Origin: Lama guanicoe
Taxonomy: Eukaryota
Length of the DNA stretch: 64,000 nt
Assembly (NCBI GenBank): GCA_013239625.1
Contig: MU053379.1
Location: 2,090,866 to 2,154,865 of the forward strand
Reading direction: 5' to 3'
Positions 12,791 to 25,092 of this stretch are shown here, piece by piece. Below the pieces are notes generated by a model. The model saw only the letters and a program-made list of their open reading frames with translations, ran no database searches and was not told the DNA's origin. Made by a program: the position numbers and the translations under genes. Position 1 is the first letter of the stretch. Each line of letters opens with the position of its first letter.

Positions 12791-14329
12791 GTGCGGGAAG
12801 TTTCTTTTAGGTGAAGCCTGGGAGGCAGAAGTGAGGGAGTTGGGGAGCCAGGACAGAGCAAGGAGGGGAGCCAACCAAGGAGGCACGGAAACGCTGGTAA
12901 CACTGGGAAGAGCCGGGCTCAGTCCCACTGAGGACTCTCAGGGGAGCGGTGTAGACCTGACTCAGAATTGTCCAGGCAGGGCTGAGCAGGCTGCTCGGAG
13001 TGCCCTGACCCCTTCTCCTGACTCTCTTCTGTGGAGGACCGTCCCCTTGTTTCCCTGGGCGCTTTCAGGCAGCTCTGCACGCGGGCTGGGGAACGCTCTC
13101 CAGCCCTGGAGGAAGTCTCGGGCGGAAACCCAGAGAGCCACAGGCCACGGGGGAGGTGGGGAGCTGTCCGGGGCAGGAAGCCGCCAGGGCGTCTCAAGTT
13201 TTCCGCTGTCAGAAGTGGGCCCAGGGGTGTCAACAGCATTTGCTCCGCGTACCACACGCGTTTTCTGAAACACCGGATTACCGCTAGTGGCAGCATCTCC
13301 ACTGGGTCCGTGATCCAAGGCAGCTTGTTTGGCGCAAACTTGCTGAGAAAGTATGATGGAGACAAGGTGCCTTCTGTGTCGATCAGGTAATGCTTGCTTT
13401 ACCGGCTCATAGCAGAGGATTTAAACTCCCCACCCGACCAGACCGAGGGACACTGGCACTCCCTGCAGAAGCCATGGTGTTTATTTTTCATCTGTTCAGT
13501 TAGTAGATTTTGTTCTTTTCAAAGAAAGGGAGAAGGAAAATTACTTTGTCAGTTCTTAAAAAGACAGGTAGTGTAAGTATGAGTAACAGAAGCCAATCAA
13601 GCTACTCCCTCATCCGGGCCGCTTCGTAATTGGAGTTACATACAGGGAGGGGGGTGGTCCTACAAACCAGGGCACGGTCACATTCAGCTGTTCTCTTATC
13701 TCCCAGCTGCCTCGGCTGTGGTAATATCTTGGGCTCAAGTAGCCGTCTGCATTCCTCAGGTTGTCCCGCTGACCTTTCCTTGTCGGATGTCTGACCTAGC
13801 GTTTCTCTGGTTACGTAGATCAGAGAAAATCTTCTCACGACAAATGATAAGATGTTTCTCAAAGGCAGAAGTCCCGTCTTTCTTGGAGCAAAGAGAAATT
13901 GGCCGTGGCTCCGTCTTCTCCGCCGGGGACGCTTCCCACAGACGAGGAGCAGATGGGCTTCGGGTTGGACACCATCTGCTCTTCGGTCGTAACTAACATG
14001 GGCTCCGGGGGAGGGCCGGGCTTTGCCGTCGCGCTGGCCGTCCCCCGTGCCCGCCGGGGAGCCCTCCGTCGTGTGTTCGTCGGAGTGTGGACCTTGGGTT
14101 GGGTTTCTCTAGATGGGCAGCAGCTCTTACGAGATGAGGAAGGACATGACTCCTGAGTGCCTGCTTCCATTTAAGCGGCCCCCAGATGCATCTGAAGAGA
14201 GGGATGTGCCAGCCAGCCTTGCCTTGCATTTGTGTGGGCGATTCCCTGAGTCTGTTTCTGTTTGGTTGGTCCCACTTTTCTACCAAGTTGATTGAAATAA
14301 TAGTGACCCTGGCAACAACAGTGTCATTC

Positions 14330-14520
14330 AGCATTTATTGAAGGCGTGCAACTTTCCAGCCACGATGGGAAGAATTCTGCACACGTTATCTAGTTGCTAA
14401 ACAACCATGCAAGGCAGGTACTATTATTTTCCCCATTTTACAGACAAGGAAAACTGACCTTAGCGAGGCTGAAACACTCATCCAGGGTCACACAGCCGGA
14501 CCTCAGCGGTCCGGGTCCTG
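14330..14520 (-). mobile_element. MIR SINE
   Basis: Core ccccattttacagacaaggaaaactgac...ccagggtcacacagc. Confidence 0.8.
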
Positions 14521-15895
14521 CTTCGTAACGAGGCTTCAGCGCTGCCTCCGCCAAGGTATTTACCCTGAGGGGGAGCAGGAGAACCGGCTGGCGGGTGTCT
14601 CCCACTCTTGTCTCGTACGTTCTAGAAGAGGCTGGCAAAGACTCAAGGACACCGCTGTTCTCCGCCCTGTGCTGCAGTGCGCCCCACCCCGATGCCTTCA
14701 CATGGTCTCCTGGGCCTTTGGTTGCATCTCTGCACCTTGCTTTCTCTGAGCCCTGGGGGAGGGACGTGAAAGCATGATTAAATTTTAGCTCCTCCTTGAA
14801 GCCCCAGCTCCCCATGCCGGTGCCAGGATCTACAAACTGCAGCGACAGCCGGTCCTTCCCACTGTCAGTGGCACTGTTCTTTCAACAACGGGCAGGATTT
14901 TTAGTAGAACAGCTGAGAACATCTTTGCCTTGAGCTCTGATGTGTCCTAAGGGCGCACCCTGTGAGCAGAAAGCAAGAAGGACATCCCTGAACAAGCCAT
15001 CTGTTGTCAGGTGCAGGGGATTCCTCGGAATACCCCGAACTTGAGCCAGCCCAGGGGAAGGACCCCCTGTGTCCAGTGAGCTAATTGTCTGGCAAGAGAG
15101 GTTTTAAACACCCTAGTTAAAAGTCCATGGTCATTATCTGGGGATGATTTTAGTGGACAGCCATCGAAGTGTGAAGTTGGAAGTACTGTGACATGACGCT
15201 TTGGCCAGGCTTCGTTAGCGGCACCAGATCTTAAGCAATAAAACGAAGGTCAGAGTTGAAGCCCCACACACACGTGTTGGTTTTGTTCACGTAAACGGAC
15301 CCCTACCCACGGCCGTCCAGGCAGTTGGCCCTTCACACCCATTGCAAGTGGGATGACCCGGTGTCCCCTCCGCCACTGATGGCGGATCGCCTTCCACTCC
15401 AGGAGCACGTGGTACGGGGTCAGTTCTGGGAAGAGGACACAGCAAAGACGTGCAGTTAAGGAAGCGGTCCCAGTGCAGAACACTGCCGTAGCTTTCAGCT
15501 GGATGCCCAGAGCTAGGCTGTGGGGCCGCCACCTGCGCCCCGTCTCAGGCCTCCGACCTGCCGTAGGGAGCAGTAAAACAGCGCTGTCAGAAGCGGGAAA
15601 GAGGGCACCACTTAACCGGATTTCCACACAACACAACCGAAGACAAATAGACCGACTCCCTCCACCGGAAGCAAGCAGCCAGCTACAGGAGAGATAAAGC
15701 AGACCTCCTGCGCTTTGCTGCTGACAGCCTGTTTCTATCATGTGTACTCTGTAAGTGCTCACGTTGTCCTGCTGGGTGAAATTTTACATTGAAAGTTGAA
15801 CAGCGCATATAATGTGTTTCAGTATCTAAATATTAGCCAAGGAAGCTTCAAATTCACCAATAAGAAGTTGCCTGCTTGAAAGTAGTCCTTTTTTA

Positions 15896-16091
15896 GGGGG
15901 TTAGCAGATACACTACTGTATGCAAAATAGATAAACAACAAAGTCCTATTGCAGAGCACGGGAGCTACGTTCAACATCTTGTAATAGCTTATAATGAAAA
16001 AGAATATATATATATGTATATAACTGAATCACTATGCTGTACACCTGAAACTAACATAACATTGTAAATCAACTATCCTCCAATTTAAAAA
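15896..16091 (+). mobile_element. Truncated L1 3' end
   Basis: ggttagcagatacactactgtat...aactgaatcactatgctgtacacctgaaactaacataacattgtaaatcaacta plus an A tail. Confidence 0.9.
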
Positions 16092-17139
16092 CAAGAGTTA
16101 CCCTTTTTGAGAAAAGAAACTTGTAAGAGGATACGAGCTACAGCAAAAATGGGAGATTTTGCAGGGTATTTTTTCGGAATATTAACTATGCCTGCTCCAG
16201 CAGAGATGAATTAGTGAGAGGCTTGATTTCTATATACATTGTTTTATTAACAGAAGGTGAATTTTCTCCTCCCTCCTCCACGGAATAAACGTTGAATAAA
16301 TATTTCAAGAGCATGTGTTTGAAGAGGCACCAGGGGATGTGCTGGCCTGGAGTGCCCGTGTCTCGGGCGGACTCTGGTTTGGAAGTCCTGGTTGCCCGCC
16401 CATGACAGGCCTGCAGATCCACTGTTTCAAGTTATTTGGCAGCTGCAGGGCCCACCAGCTCCCAAGACTGTGTTTGGAGAGAGAATAACAAGAAAATGAC
16501 AGAAAGGCAAGAATGCAAATATCTTGATAACTTTTCACCAGCCTGCTATCTTTCCGAGGCTCCGGATGGTGCAAGAAGCTTGGCTCCAAGTCTGGCACGG
16601 AAATTCCTGCCGTGCTGTGGTTTTCCTCAGAAAGGCTCAGCTCAGGTTACTCATAAACTGACTATACTTCAATCAAAGAGTTTTTGAAAAGCTTTAAGGC
16701 AAGAAGCAGGTCGCTCACCAGCCTTAAAGTGAAGAGATCTACCATCTCGCAGAGAGTTGAGTAAACTTTGGGATTTCAGAGTCCTCCAGAAAAGCTAAAT
16801 TCTCTAATATTTACAGCATATCCTCAGGGTAGAAGTCACAGTCCTCATTTTCCAACGAGCCTGAAGAAGAGGCCAGAGCTGGCGAGCAGACCCACTGTCC
16901 GCAGGCTTCACGTGGGGTTTCCAAGACTCCCAGAATATGTCATGAGAGTTCAGTGGTGACGGGAGAGGGGGAGCGTCATGGAGCAACAGGAGAGGAAGAA
17001 GTAACTCAAGGAAGAATGAGAGGTCTTGAGAAATCTTCAAGCCAGTGGGCATCCTGAGCATCCAGCCTGCATCTCTTCTCTCGCTGCTGAAAGCAGTTAG
17101 GGTTAGAGTCATGACTGGCTTGAATGAGTCATACAAATG

Positions 17140-17342
17140 GGTTGAAGTCTGATTTCTGTTATGAACTGGCTCTGTGACCCTGGGCTTATATTCTCTCTGC
17201 CTGAATTTTCTTGTCTGAAAAGTGGGAATAACAACAGTACCTACCTCATGGGCTGGTTGAGAGGATTGGGTTCTAAAGCAGTTCTGTGCTCAGTCATATG
17301 GTCAATGTGCTCATTAGTCAATATTCAAAAAATGTTAGCTGT
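17140..17342 (+). mobile_element. MIR SINE
   Basis: ctgtgaccctggg...ctctctgcctgaattttcttgtctgaaaagtgggaataacaacagtacctacctcatgggctggttgagaggatt...aatgttagct. Confidence 0.8.
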
Positions 17343-17646
17343 CATCACCATCACTGTCATTATCTTTCTCATCACCCGATCATCATCATCTTCCCCATCA
17401 TCATCACATCGTCACCACCATCACCATCATTGTCTTCATCATACTCACATCACAATCACTGTCATCACCACCACCTTCATCATCATCCCCATCATCATCA
17501 CCACCATCACCACCATCATCATCACTGTCTCCATCATATTCCCATCACAATCACTGTCATCACCACCTCAACGTCATGACATCACCCTCATCGTTACAAA
17601 CATCATCACACCATCAAAACCACTTTCATCATCACCATCATCATAA
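17342..17646. repeat. Degenerate (CAT/CAC)n trinucleotide low-complexity tract
   Basis: About 300 bp of catcaccatcatc variants. Confidence 0.95.
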
Positions 17647-18225
17647 TGCGTATCCAGTAGAGTCAACAGTGACTCCTGACCATCACAGATAGTCTGCACT
17701 GTATATCTCTCAACCTGCAGTACAAGAGCCTCCCCAAACTGACCTTCGCCCATTTCTGCAGCCTCATCTGTCTCTGCTTCCTCACTCACAGTCTACACTC
17801 CAGCCATAGTAAATAATCTGGAGTTTTCAGCAGAAACCATGTTACTTATGGCAGAATGCTTTTATTCATGCTGTTCTCTCATGCAGCCAGTTCTGTCCTG
17901 ACTTCTTTGCTCTGTTAATGCCTATTCATCTTCTCAGACGTGATATAAGCATCAGCTCCTCCAGATGGCCTTACCACACCCTTCCCCTCACTCTCCAAAA
18001 CTTGCGTTCCATGTACTTCCTCTAAGCTCACGTAGAATCCGGTGAAGAGCTCTCTGTTGCTTTAATACCAAATGCTCTGTTACACGTTTAGCAGATATAC
18101 TGGTCCTCCAATTTCCTGATCAAAGAACTGGGCAGTTGAACCTGACCTGAGGTCATGATGCAGACAGTCGGCAGGTTTCATTTGATCTGGCTCAGTGCTT
18201 TATAATTGCTGAATTCAGTTGTTCT

Positions 18226-18660
18226 TTCAGTAAATATTTATTGAGCACATAGTAGGTGCCCGTCCTGTTCTAGGCACTGGGGATGCGTCAGAGGACAAGA
18301 CAGGCAAAGACCTCTGTCCTTGTGAAACTTACAATATAGGGAAGGAGACATACAGTAAAATAAACATCATAGTAAGATAATCCGTGTGATGGGAAGAAGG
18401 AACAGTGGAGCCGGGGCAGAAGCGGGAGGAGGGGAGGTGCAGGAGAGGCACATGGCAGGATCGGGGGCGGGGGGGCCCCAGGAGGTGAGATGTGAGCAAA
18501 GACTGAAGGAGGAGAGAGAAGGAGCCATGTGGAGGCTGCGGAGAGAGTGGACAGGCAGAGAGAACGCCAGTGCAAGGGCCTTGAGGCAGAGCCAGCCAGG
18601 CTCATTCAGGCAACAGCCAGGAGACCTGCGCGCCTGGAACAGAGTCAGCAGGAGAGAGAG
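18226..18660 (-). mobile_element. L2 3' fragment
   Basis: aaatatttattgagcac...tgttctaggcactggggat...cttacaatatagggaaggagac, a typical reverse L2 end. Confidence 0.8.
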
Positions 18661-19332
18661 TCGGGGCAGCAGATTGTCTGCATTCCTTTCCATCACTCAG
18701 CATCAAGGATGTGACCTAAGGGTCCAGATTTGCAGCTTCTCTCTTGGAAGGTCAGAAGCTCTGGCCACATCACACACATGTCCTCCCACAATGCTGGTCA
18801 GGGCAGAGCACAAGCTGCCCACCTGAGATGGGTCTCCGCTGTCCAGTGAGCCACGGACCCTACCGCCCCCACTTTTCTCAGCCCCACACCCCGCAGGCCC
18901 CCGTGGGCAGCTGAGGCCGTGGCGCTGGGCAGCAGCCTCTGATGGGGACGCCCACACCCGCCACCACCCGCCACCACTCCCGCCTCCACCCCTCGCTTGC
19001 CTGGCCTCTTCTCTCCTCGGCCCCGGCTGTGCCTGCTCTGTGCAAGCCCAGTGCACACTCCCGCTGGGCGGTCCTCTGAAAAGGAAGGAAGCCCACATTG
19101 AAGCAGAGGAGTTTTCATTCCTGATTCTGCCAACGAGACTCTTCTCTTTAGAGAGAATGAAAGGGCATCCCTGAATGTGTGCACGTGCCTGGGGGGCGGG
19201 TTGTCAGGGGACCGGAAGCATCGCTCCTTCTCTGTCAAACTGCTCTCCTGTCCGACGGCAGAGCTCCAGGGGGATTTTATTTACTTTTTCAAAAATGAAC
19301 TTATTAACAAAACCCCAAACTGTGTCTTGGTC

Positions 19333-19595
19333 ACACCACCTCACACCCATTAGGATGGCTACTAGCAAAACAAACAAACATACAAAACCCAGAAAATAAC
19401 AAGTGCTGGAAGACATGGAGAAGGTGGTGCCCTTGTGCACTGCTGGTGGGAATGTAAACGGTGCAGCCACTATGGAAAACAGTGTGGCAGTTTCTGAAAA
19501 AATTAAATACAGAGTTACCATATGATCCAGCAATCCCACCGCTGGGTATATGCCCCCAAAAATTGCAAGCAGGGACTCAAACAGATATTTGCCAG
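19333..19595 (+). mobile_element. L1 ORF2 fragment (L1MB-like)
   Basis: caccacctcacacccattaggatggct...gctggtgggaatgtaaacggtgcagccactatggaaaacag. Peptide QPLWKTVWQFLKKLNTELPYDPAIP. Confidence 0.92.
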
Positions 19596-21612
19596 CCCGT
19601 GGTCCACCCCAGCCGTCTGCTCCGTTCCTCTCCCCTGCGGTCTCCCCCCACCCCGTCCTCTGCTCAGAGCCGAGTCTGGCTGTGAGACTGGGCTTCTCTC
19701 TCTAGTCACCAGGGCAGTGGGTGCTCCCAGGAGGACAATGTCCATGGTGGAGCAGAGCCCGAGACGGGGCATATGAGTCAGTCCCATCGTGGCGCCATGG
19801 GGCCAGTGGACACCAAGCTTGTCATGGGGGACAAAGACTTTTAAAGAAATAACTTTCTTCCAAGTCTAGTCATATGTGATCACGTGAATCTGTGAGAAAG
19901 ACAGAGGAGGCAAAAGGGGTGATTTTTTAAAAATTATTCTAACCATATTCCCTGGGAGATTTAGAACCATTTCCATCCAGAGTTCTATAGATCTTCCCGA
20001 GAAGTTGCTTCTCCAGCACCCCGTCACTGCAACTAACGACAGAGAAACACGAGTGCAGACGACGTAGTACAAGGAAGCTGTCTGTGAAAATCGCTGACCA
20101 TACATAGATGCCACACGGAACAGCGGGCTCACGTCGTGCCGTTGGAGTGCATTTGCCCTCCCAGCTCAGGAGTCCGTCTGTGCATCAGCGTTTCAGCGTG
20201 AGCCTGTTCAGCTCCAGTAAGCCACAGGCCACGATGATGTCCTGGTAACTCAGGTATTTTTACAGTTTAACCATTGTCACCAAAGTTCTCGTTTTATGTG
20301 TCCCAGTCAACCTTCAGAACTGCCTGATGAGATACAATGTATCTTTCAAAATCCCAGTCCAATAGCCACTTCCTCTGTGAAGCCCTCTTGGACCTCCTTC
20401 ATCTGTGCCCAGCAGAATGGATCCTGTGCCCCATATCAGTTAGGTAGGTACATGGCCGCGAGTACAGATACGCCGCCTAATGGCGACTGAGACAAATAGG
20501 GGAGTCATTTTCTCACATAGAAGTAGGGAGGAAGATGGTTTATGGCATTAGATCAGCTGGTGAGTGGCAGCCTCGGGGCCCTGCTACCCTTAGCATGTTG
20601 GTGTGTATGCCATGTTTATTGGCTCATGGTCACATAATGGCTACTGGTATTCTAGACATCACATCTAAGTTCAAGGCAGAAAGAAAAGGTGACTTTAGCT
20701 GAATCTGTCCTTATTCTCATTGCCCAAAATTGTGTCTTTGGGGTTCAGCAGAAGCATGTTGAGCTTGGCCAGTCTCAGCTGGGCTCACCCATATCTGGGG
20801 GTGAGCCGCTGGTTGGCTGATGTCTGACAGCCTCAGCTGGGAGAACAGGGGCGCCTCGGCTCCACTTCACATGCCCTTGGCCTCCAGCCGGCTAGCTGGG
20901 CGTGTCCCATTGTCTTGTAGCACCATGTCCAAGCGCCTTGGCTCTTTAGTTTCCATTTACCCCCAACAGCAGCCTCGCAAGCTCGCCAGAGAGCATGGTG
21001 GGACTGGGCTCGTGCTGAAGGCTGAGCAAGGTCAGGAGAGTCACTGGAAGTCATGCATCTTCCAAGTGTCAAGTCCAGAGCTTCGTGCGAGGTCCTTCAC
21101 CCCATCCTAGGCTTCCTCACGGCCGTGGGTTGCCTCTTTGAGCAGCCGCTGAGCCAGTTACGATACTGGGCCATTTCTCACGACGGCCTCCAGCAGTGCC
21201 ACCAGCTGCTCTGTGAGCATCACCCTCCCCTTAACTCATTCCCTCCCTGGGAACCGGGCCCGCGTGCTGCGCCAGCCTGGAACGGGGTGGAGACGAACGT
21301 GTGAGGGACACAGCTGCTGCCCTTCAAGAGAAGGGAGGTACACGAACCTGAATCGTGCCTGTGGTCCAGGCAGCGTGCGGTCAGCGCCGAACCACAGGTG
21401 CCCTGACACGTTCCCAGGGAAGAGACGCCCCGTGGTCATGAGACCTGAGCTGTAGCCCAGACACACGCCCCCTCCTCTCAGATACCCCACTCATCACCCC
21501 CAGAACACAGCTTGCATCTCCCGCCCCGGTGCTATAGTCAGGGCGGGCTCTATCCCAGTGGCACCGGTGCCCGTGGGCCGTCCCAGGGTGTAGGACCAGC
21601 TCAGCCATTTTT

Positions 21613-21813
21613 TAATATATTTTTTTTCTTTTTATTATACAGGAAATGAATGGTCATTCTAAATTCTCTTTTGTTTGTTTGAGAGGTTTTTTTGGGGGGG
21701 GGTGGAGGTAATTGGTTTTGTATTAATTAATTAGTTATTAATGGGGGTACTGGGGATTGAACCCAGCACCTCATGCAAGCTGAGCACACGCTCTACCACT
21801 GAGCTGTGCCCGC
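21613..21813 (-). mobile_element. Camelid tRNA-derived SINE (Vic-1-like) with extended tail
   Basis: ggggtactggggattgaacccagcacctcatgcaagctgagcacacgctctaccactgagct. Degenerate TSD ccagctcagccattttt / ccagctcaacagttttt. Confidence 0.88.
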
Positions 21814-22577
21814 CCAGCTCAACAGTTTTTGAGACTTCAAATCTGTCTTGTATTTTGTAGCCCACCTTGTGAAAATAAAAACATTAAAGAACCTCAGCCA
21901 ACAGCTCCCCATCTGGAAGCTGATCCTAGAGATGTTTAAAGATGTCTTTATTACAACATGGTTCGTGGTCCATTCATTTATAGAGGAAAATCAAGATCCG
22001 TCCAAAATAAAGAGGTAGCGAGGGTTTACGCTCGTTCCTGCCGGTCGCATTTACACTTCTACGGGACTGGTACAGTGTATTCGTATGTGACTGAGTAATC
22101 AAAATAAGCCTTTTAAAATAAAAATAAATAAGTAAGTAAGGACATCACTGCCTCGGACGGGCAGCCCCCACAGTGGACGGCTGGGATTCTGAAACTGCCC
22201 CTCCGTCCGTGTGGCTGGAGACCGCTTACTCGCAGGCGAGCTGATAGGACAGAGTGCTGGCGGGGCAGCCAAGCAGAAATGACCTCCGCGCGGGGAGGCG
22301 GCTGGGCTCCGTGGGAGGCTGGGAGAGCGGCCGTGGCCAGGGTAGGACATGCTCTGAAGCCCCTGGGAGACGGGGTCAGAAACTCCCTGCCTGCCCCAGG
22401 AATGAGAAGAATTAGGCGAGATGGTTCTTGTAAAGTAGACAAGAACAAGGAGTGGCAGATATTAATAGTGGTGGCTTTATTATTAGTGTCAATAATGACA
22501 TTATTGTATCCTTTGGAAATATAGGAATGGTCACATTAATCCCCAAATGCCTCATTCCCTATTTAGACCAGTGGTAT

Positions 22578-22643
22578 TTTTTTTAATTGACATACCATCA
22601 GTTGCAGTGTGCCGATTTCTGGTGCACGGCACACTGTCCCGTG
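22578..22643 (-). mobile_element. Ultra-short L1 3' tail with 12-bp TSD
   Basis: Poly-T then aattgacataccatcagttgcagtgtgccgatttctggtg. TSD gaccagtggtat / gaccggcggtat. Confidence 0.8.
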
Positions 22644-23853
22644 GACCGGCGGTATGGACAGTGCCAAGGATAACACGCTTCCAGTAGGCGCCCTGCATCT
22701 TAAAATTTGACTTTGTACATTTGTTTGGCTCCTCTGTACTTTGTTTTTTCTGTTCTTGTTTTTTAGTAGCAGTAGGCCTTTTTAAGAGCAGTTTGGGGTT
22801 TACAACATAACTGAGCAGAAGGTACGGAGTTCCCTCACCAACCCCCGGCCCCCCTCACATCCCCAGCCCGTGCCCGCATCAGAATCTTATTCTGTTTTGT
22901 GCGTTTTTCCAGTGGGAACCTGATTTCCAGTGGGTCACGTGGCCAAGAGTTAGAACAGAGTTTCTTGTGAGCAGAGCGGCAGGCCGGCCCCTAGATGCCA
23001 GGAGGTGCTTCACAGCTGGAAAGGAGCCCCTCTGGCCTGGCAGGTCCCCGGCTGTCCCTGGGGACTAATTTGTCACAGGGTGTCAAATGGGGTGGGCATC
23101 CTCGCCCTGTACTGCGTTGTGCACGGAACTCCCACGGCTTTCGGCAGCATCACCCTGGGAGGCACAGAGAGCCTGGCAGATCTAGTCACTTCTCATCCTT
23201 ACCCAGGGCCGGATGTTACCATGCGTTACATGGAGCTTGCCTGGAAGCAGGATCAATACATAATATTGGAACACGGTCTTGGAGAGATAGATTATGGGCG
23301 TCTAAGCGGCGCTGGGGGTTTCAGCCCATTGGGTATGTCGGCTACAGACAGCTTGTTTGCTTCTGGGCTAACCCCCAGATGTGCTGCTCGGTACCCCGGT
23401 GCCTGCACTGGGCCGTCCTTTCCAAGATAATGATGACCAGCCGAGTCATTCGGCCAAAGAGGGCTGAGTCCATCGCAGTTTGGGAATGTACATTCTGACT
23501 CATCCACAAAGCTATTAAGTTTTTTTAATTGACATTTCCACTCACCACCACCCCCCAAAAAAACACCTCACAGGCAAATAGTTTTGTACAGATTATGACT
23601 AGACCGATCAATAGACCGTTATTTTTAAGACTTCTCTGCATGGCTGGCTTCCCCGCCTCCCCGGAGACGAGAAAAATGTCAGAGTCCTTACCTCTCAATC
23701 CTCCCACTCGTAGAAAAATCACACGAGAAACACAAATTCCAGGCGGACTAATCAGAAAGTATGGGTAGGTGTTATGAAGTACAGACAGAGTCACACCAAC
23801 TGATGGAGAAACTGTGCTGGTTTATGGTCTTAGAAGCTCTTATTCTTATACAC

Positions 23854-23876
23854 GTGTGTGTGTGTGTGTGTGTGTG
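23854..23876. repeat. (TG)n microsatellite
   Basis: About 11 GT units. Confidence 0.9.
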
Positions 23877-24164
23877 CACACCAGGTACACAGATCATTTA
23901 AGAAAACCGACTGTACACACGATTTTGTAACATTTTTTCTTGAACAGTGGGTCCTAAATGCGTTTCCTTGTCACTAAATATGGATTTACCTGGGCAGTGA
24001 GACCAGAGAGGAGGGGCGAGATCAAGCAGGAACTCTGTCCTGGCTGTGAGCGAGATGCTGAATTAAGGACAACAGAGGGTGCTGCTGGAGGGGAGGGCGG
24101 CCTGAGCCTCAGCCCCGGGGCTCTGCCCGCCTCCGCCTTGAACCCCTTCTCTCCTCTCTTCCAG

Positions 24165-24239
24165 GCCATGTACATGTTCTACGCGCTGGCCATCGTGTGT
24201 GACGACTTCTTCGTCCCCTCCTTGGAAAAGATCTGTGAG
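24165..24239 (+). CDS. SLC24A3: SLC24A3/NCKX3 internal coding exon (75 nt, phase 0-0; likely exon 4): AMYMFYALAIVCDDFFVPSLEKICE
   Basis: Polypyrimidine tract and acceptor (ccccttctctcctctcttccag|GCC), donor GAG|gtacgt. The peptide is the NCKX TM1 / CDDFFVPSL motif. Confidence 0.96.
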
Positions 24240-24931
24240 GTACGTGTCAGAGCCGGGCCCTGGGGCTGCTCCAGCCTCCTCCTCTGAGGTCCGGGGAGGC
24301 CTCTGTGCAGCCGGGGTGGGAAGGCCAGGCACCAGCGTCTTCAGAGCGATGGGCAGGGTTAGCCCCAAACCCTGCTGACGCGCTCAGAGTCTCAGGGTGC
24401 TGATCCGCACACCAGCCGTCCCTGCCCCTGTGGTATAACTCAAGGTGCTACGTGTGTTCTGCTCCCCACCTTCTTTCTCTTTCAGCCCTGCTCTCCCTTT
24501 CCCCCATCACTTCCTCCTTCTTCCTCCCTGCCTTTGCTTTGCTGCCGTAACCCTCCCCGGGGGATCACGGGGTCCTCGCAGAGTGAGAAATCCCCAGCCA
24601 CAGTGAGAAATCTCCATCACTCTTCTTCCCTGTGGACGAGCAGAGATGCTCCAGGCAGAGCCCAGAAGGCACCACGATGAGAGAACGGGCCCCGGAGACC
24701 AGGAAAGGGGCTCTGCCTCCGAAGTCAGCCCAGTGAGCGCCAGGCTGAGCACCAGGCCGGGTCCCTTTCATCCAAACATATTTAGCATATCCAGACCTCC
24801 TTCATTCTTTTGCTTCTTTCGTCTCTTCTTCTGTTTTGAAATGCAGTTTCCTTTATCTGGAAGCTGTTTAATTTTTAATTCAGAATCCGCTTCCAGAAGG
24901 GACGTCTCCCGGGTCACCTCCCATCTGGAAC

Positions 24932-25092
24932 GCAAGTTTCTTCGTGTGGTCCTCAGCCCGTGCTGCTCCCGCCCCCCCCCCCCCCCAATTCACTGGGTCT
25001 CAAGGGGAAGCAGGGAGCAGACGTGGCATTTCTAGTAAGTTCCCAGGTGACGCTGAGGCTAGTGGTCTGGAAGCCCCACTCTGAGAACCAGT
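24932..25092. mobile_element. MER5-type hAT-Charlie element
   Basis: gcatttctagtaagttcccaggtgacgctgaggctagtggtctgg...cactctgagaaccagt. Confidence 0.7.

Noticed and set aside
17161..17646. His-rich and Ile/Thr-rich ORFs (161 aa, 97 aa)
   Set aside because: These are translations of a MIR plus a CAT/CAC simple repeat.
22995..23498. Overlapping 141-aa and 167-aa ORFs in unique sequence
   Set aside because: I recognise no protein family, polyA/TSD retrogene marks or exon structure. A BLASTX search would settle it.
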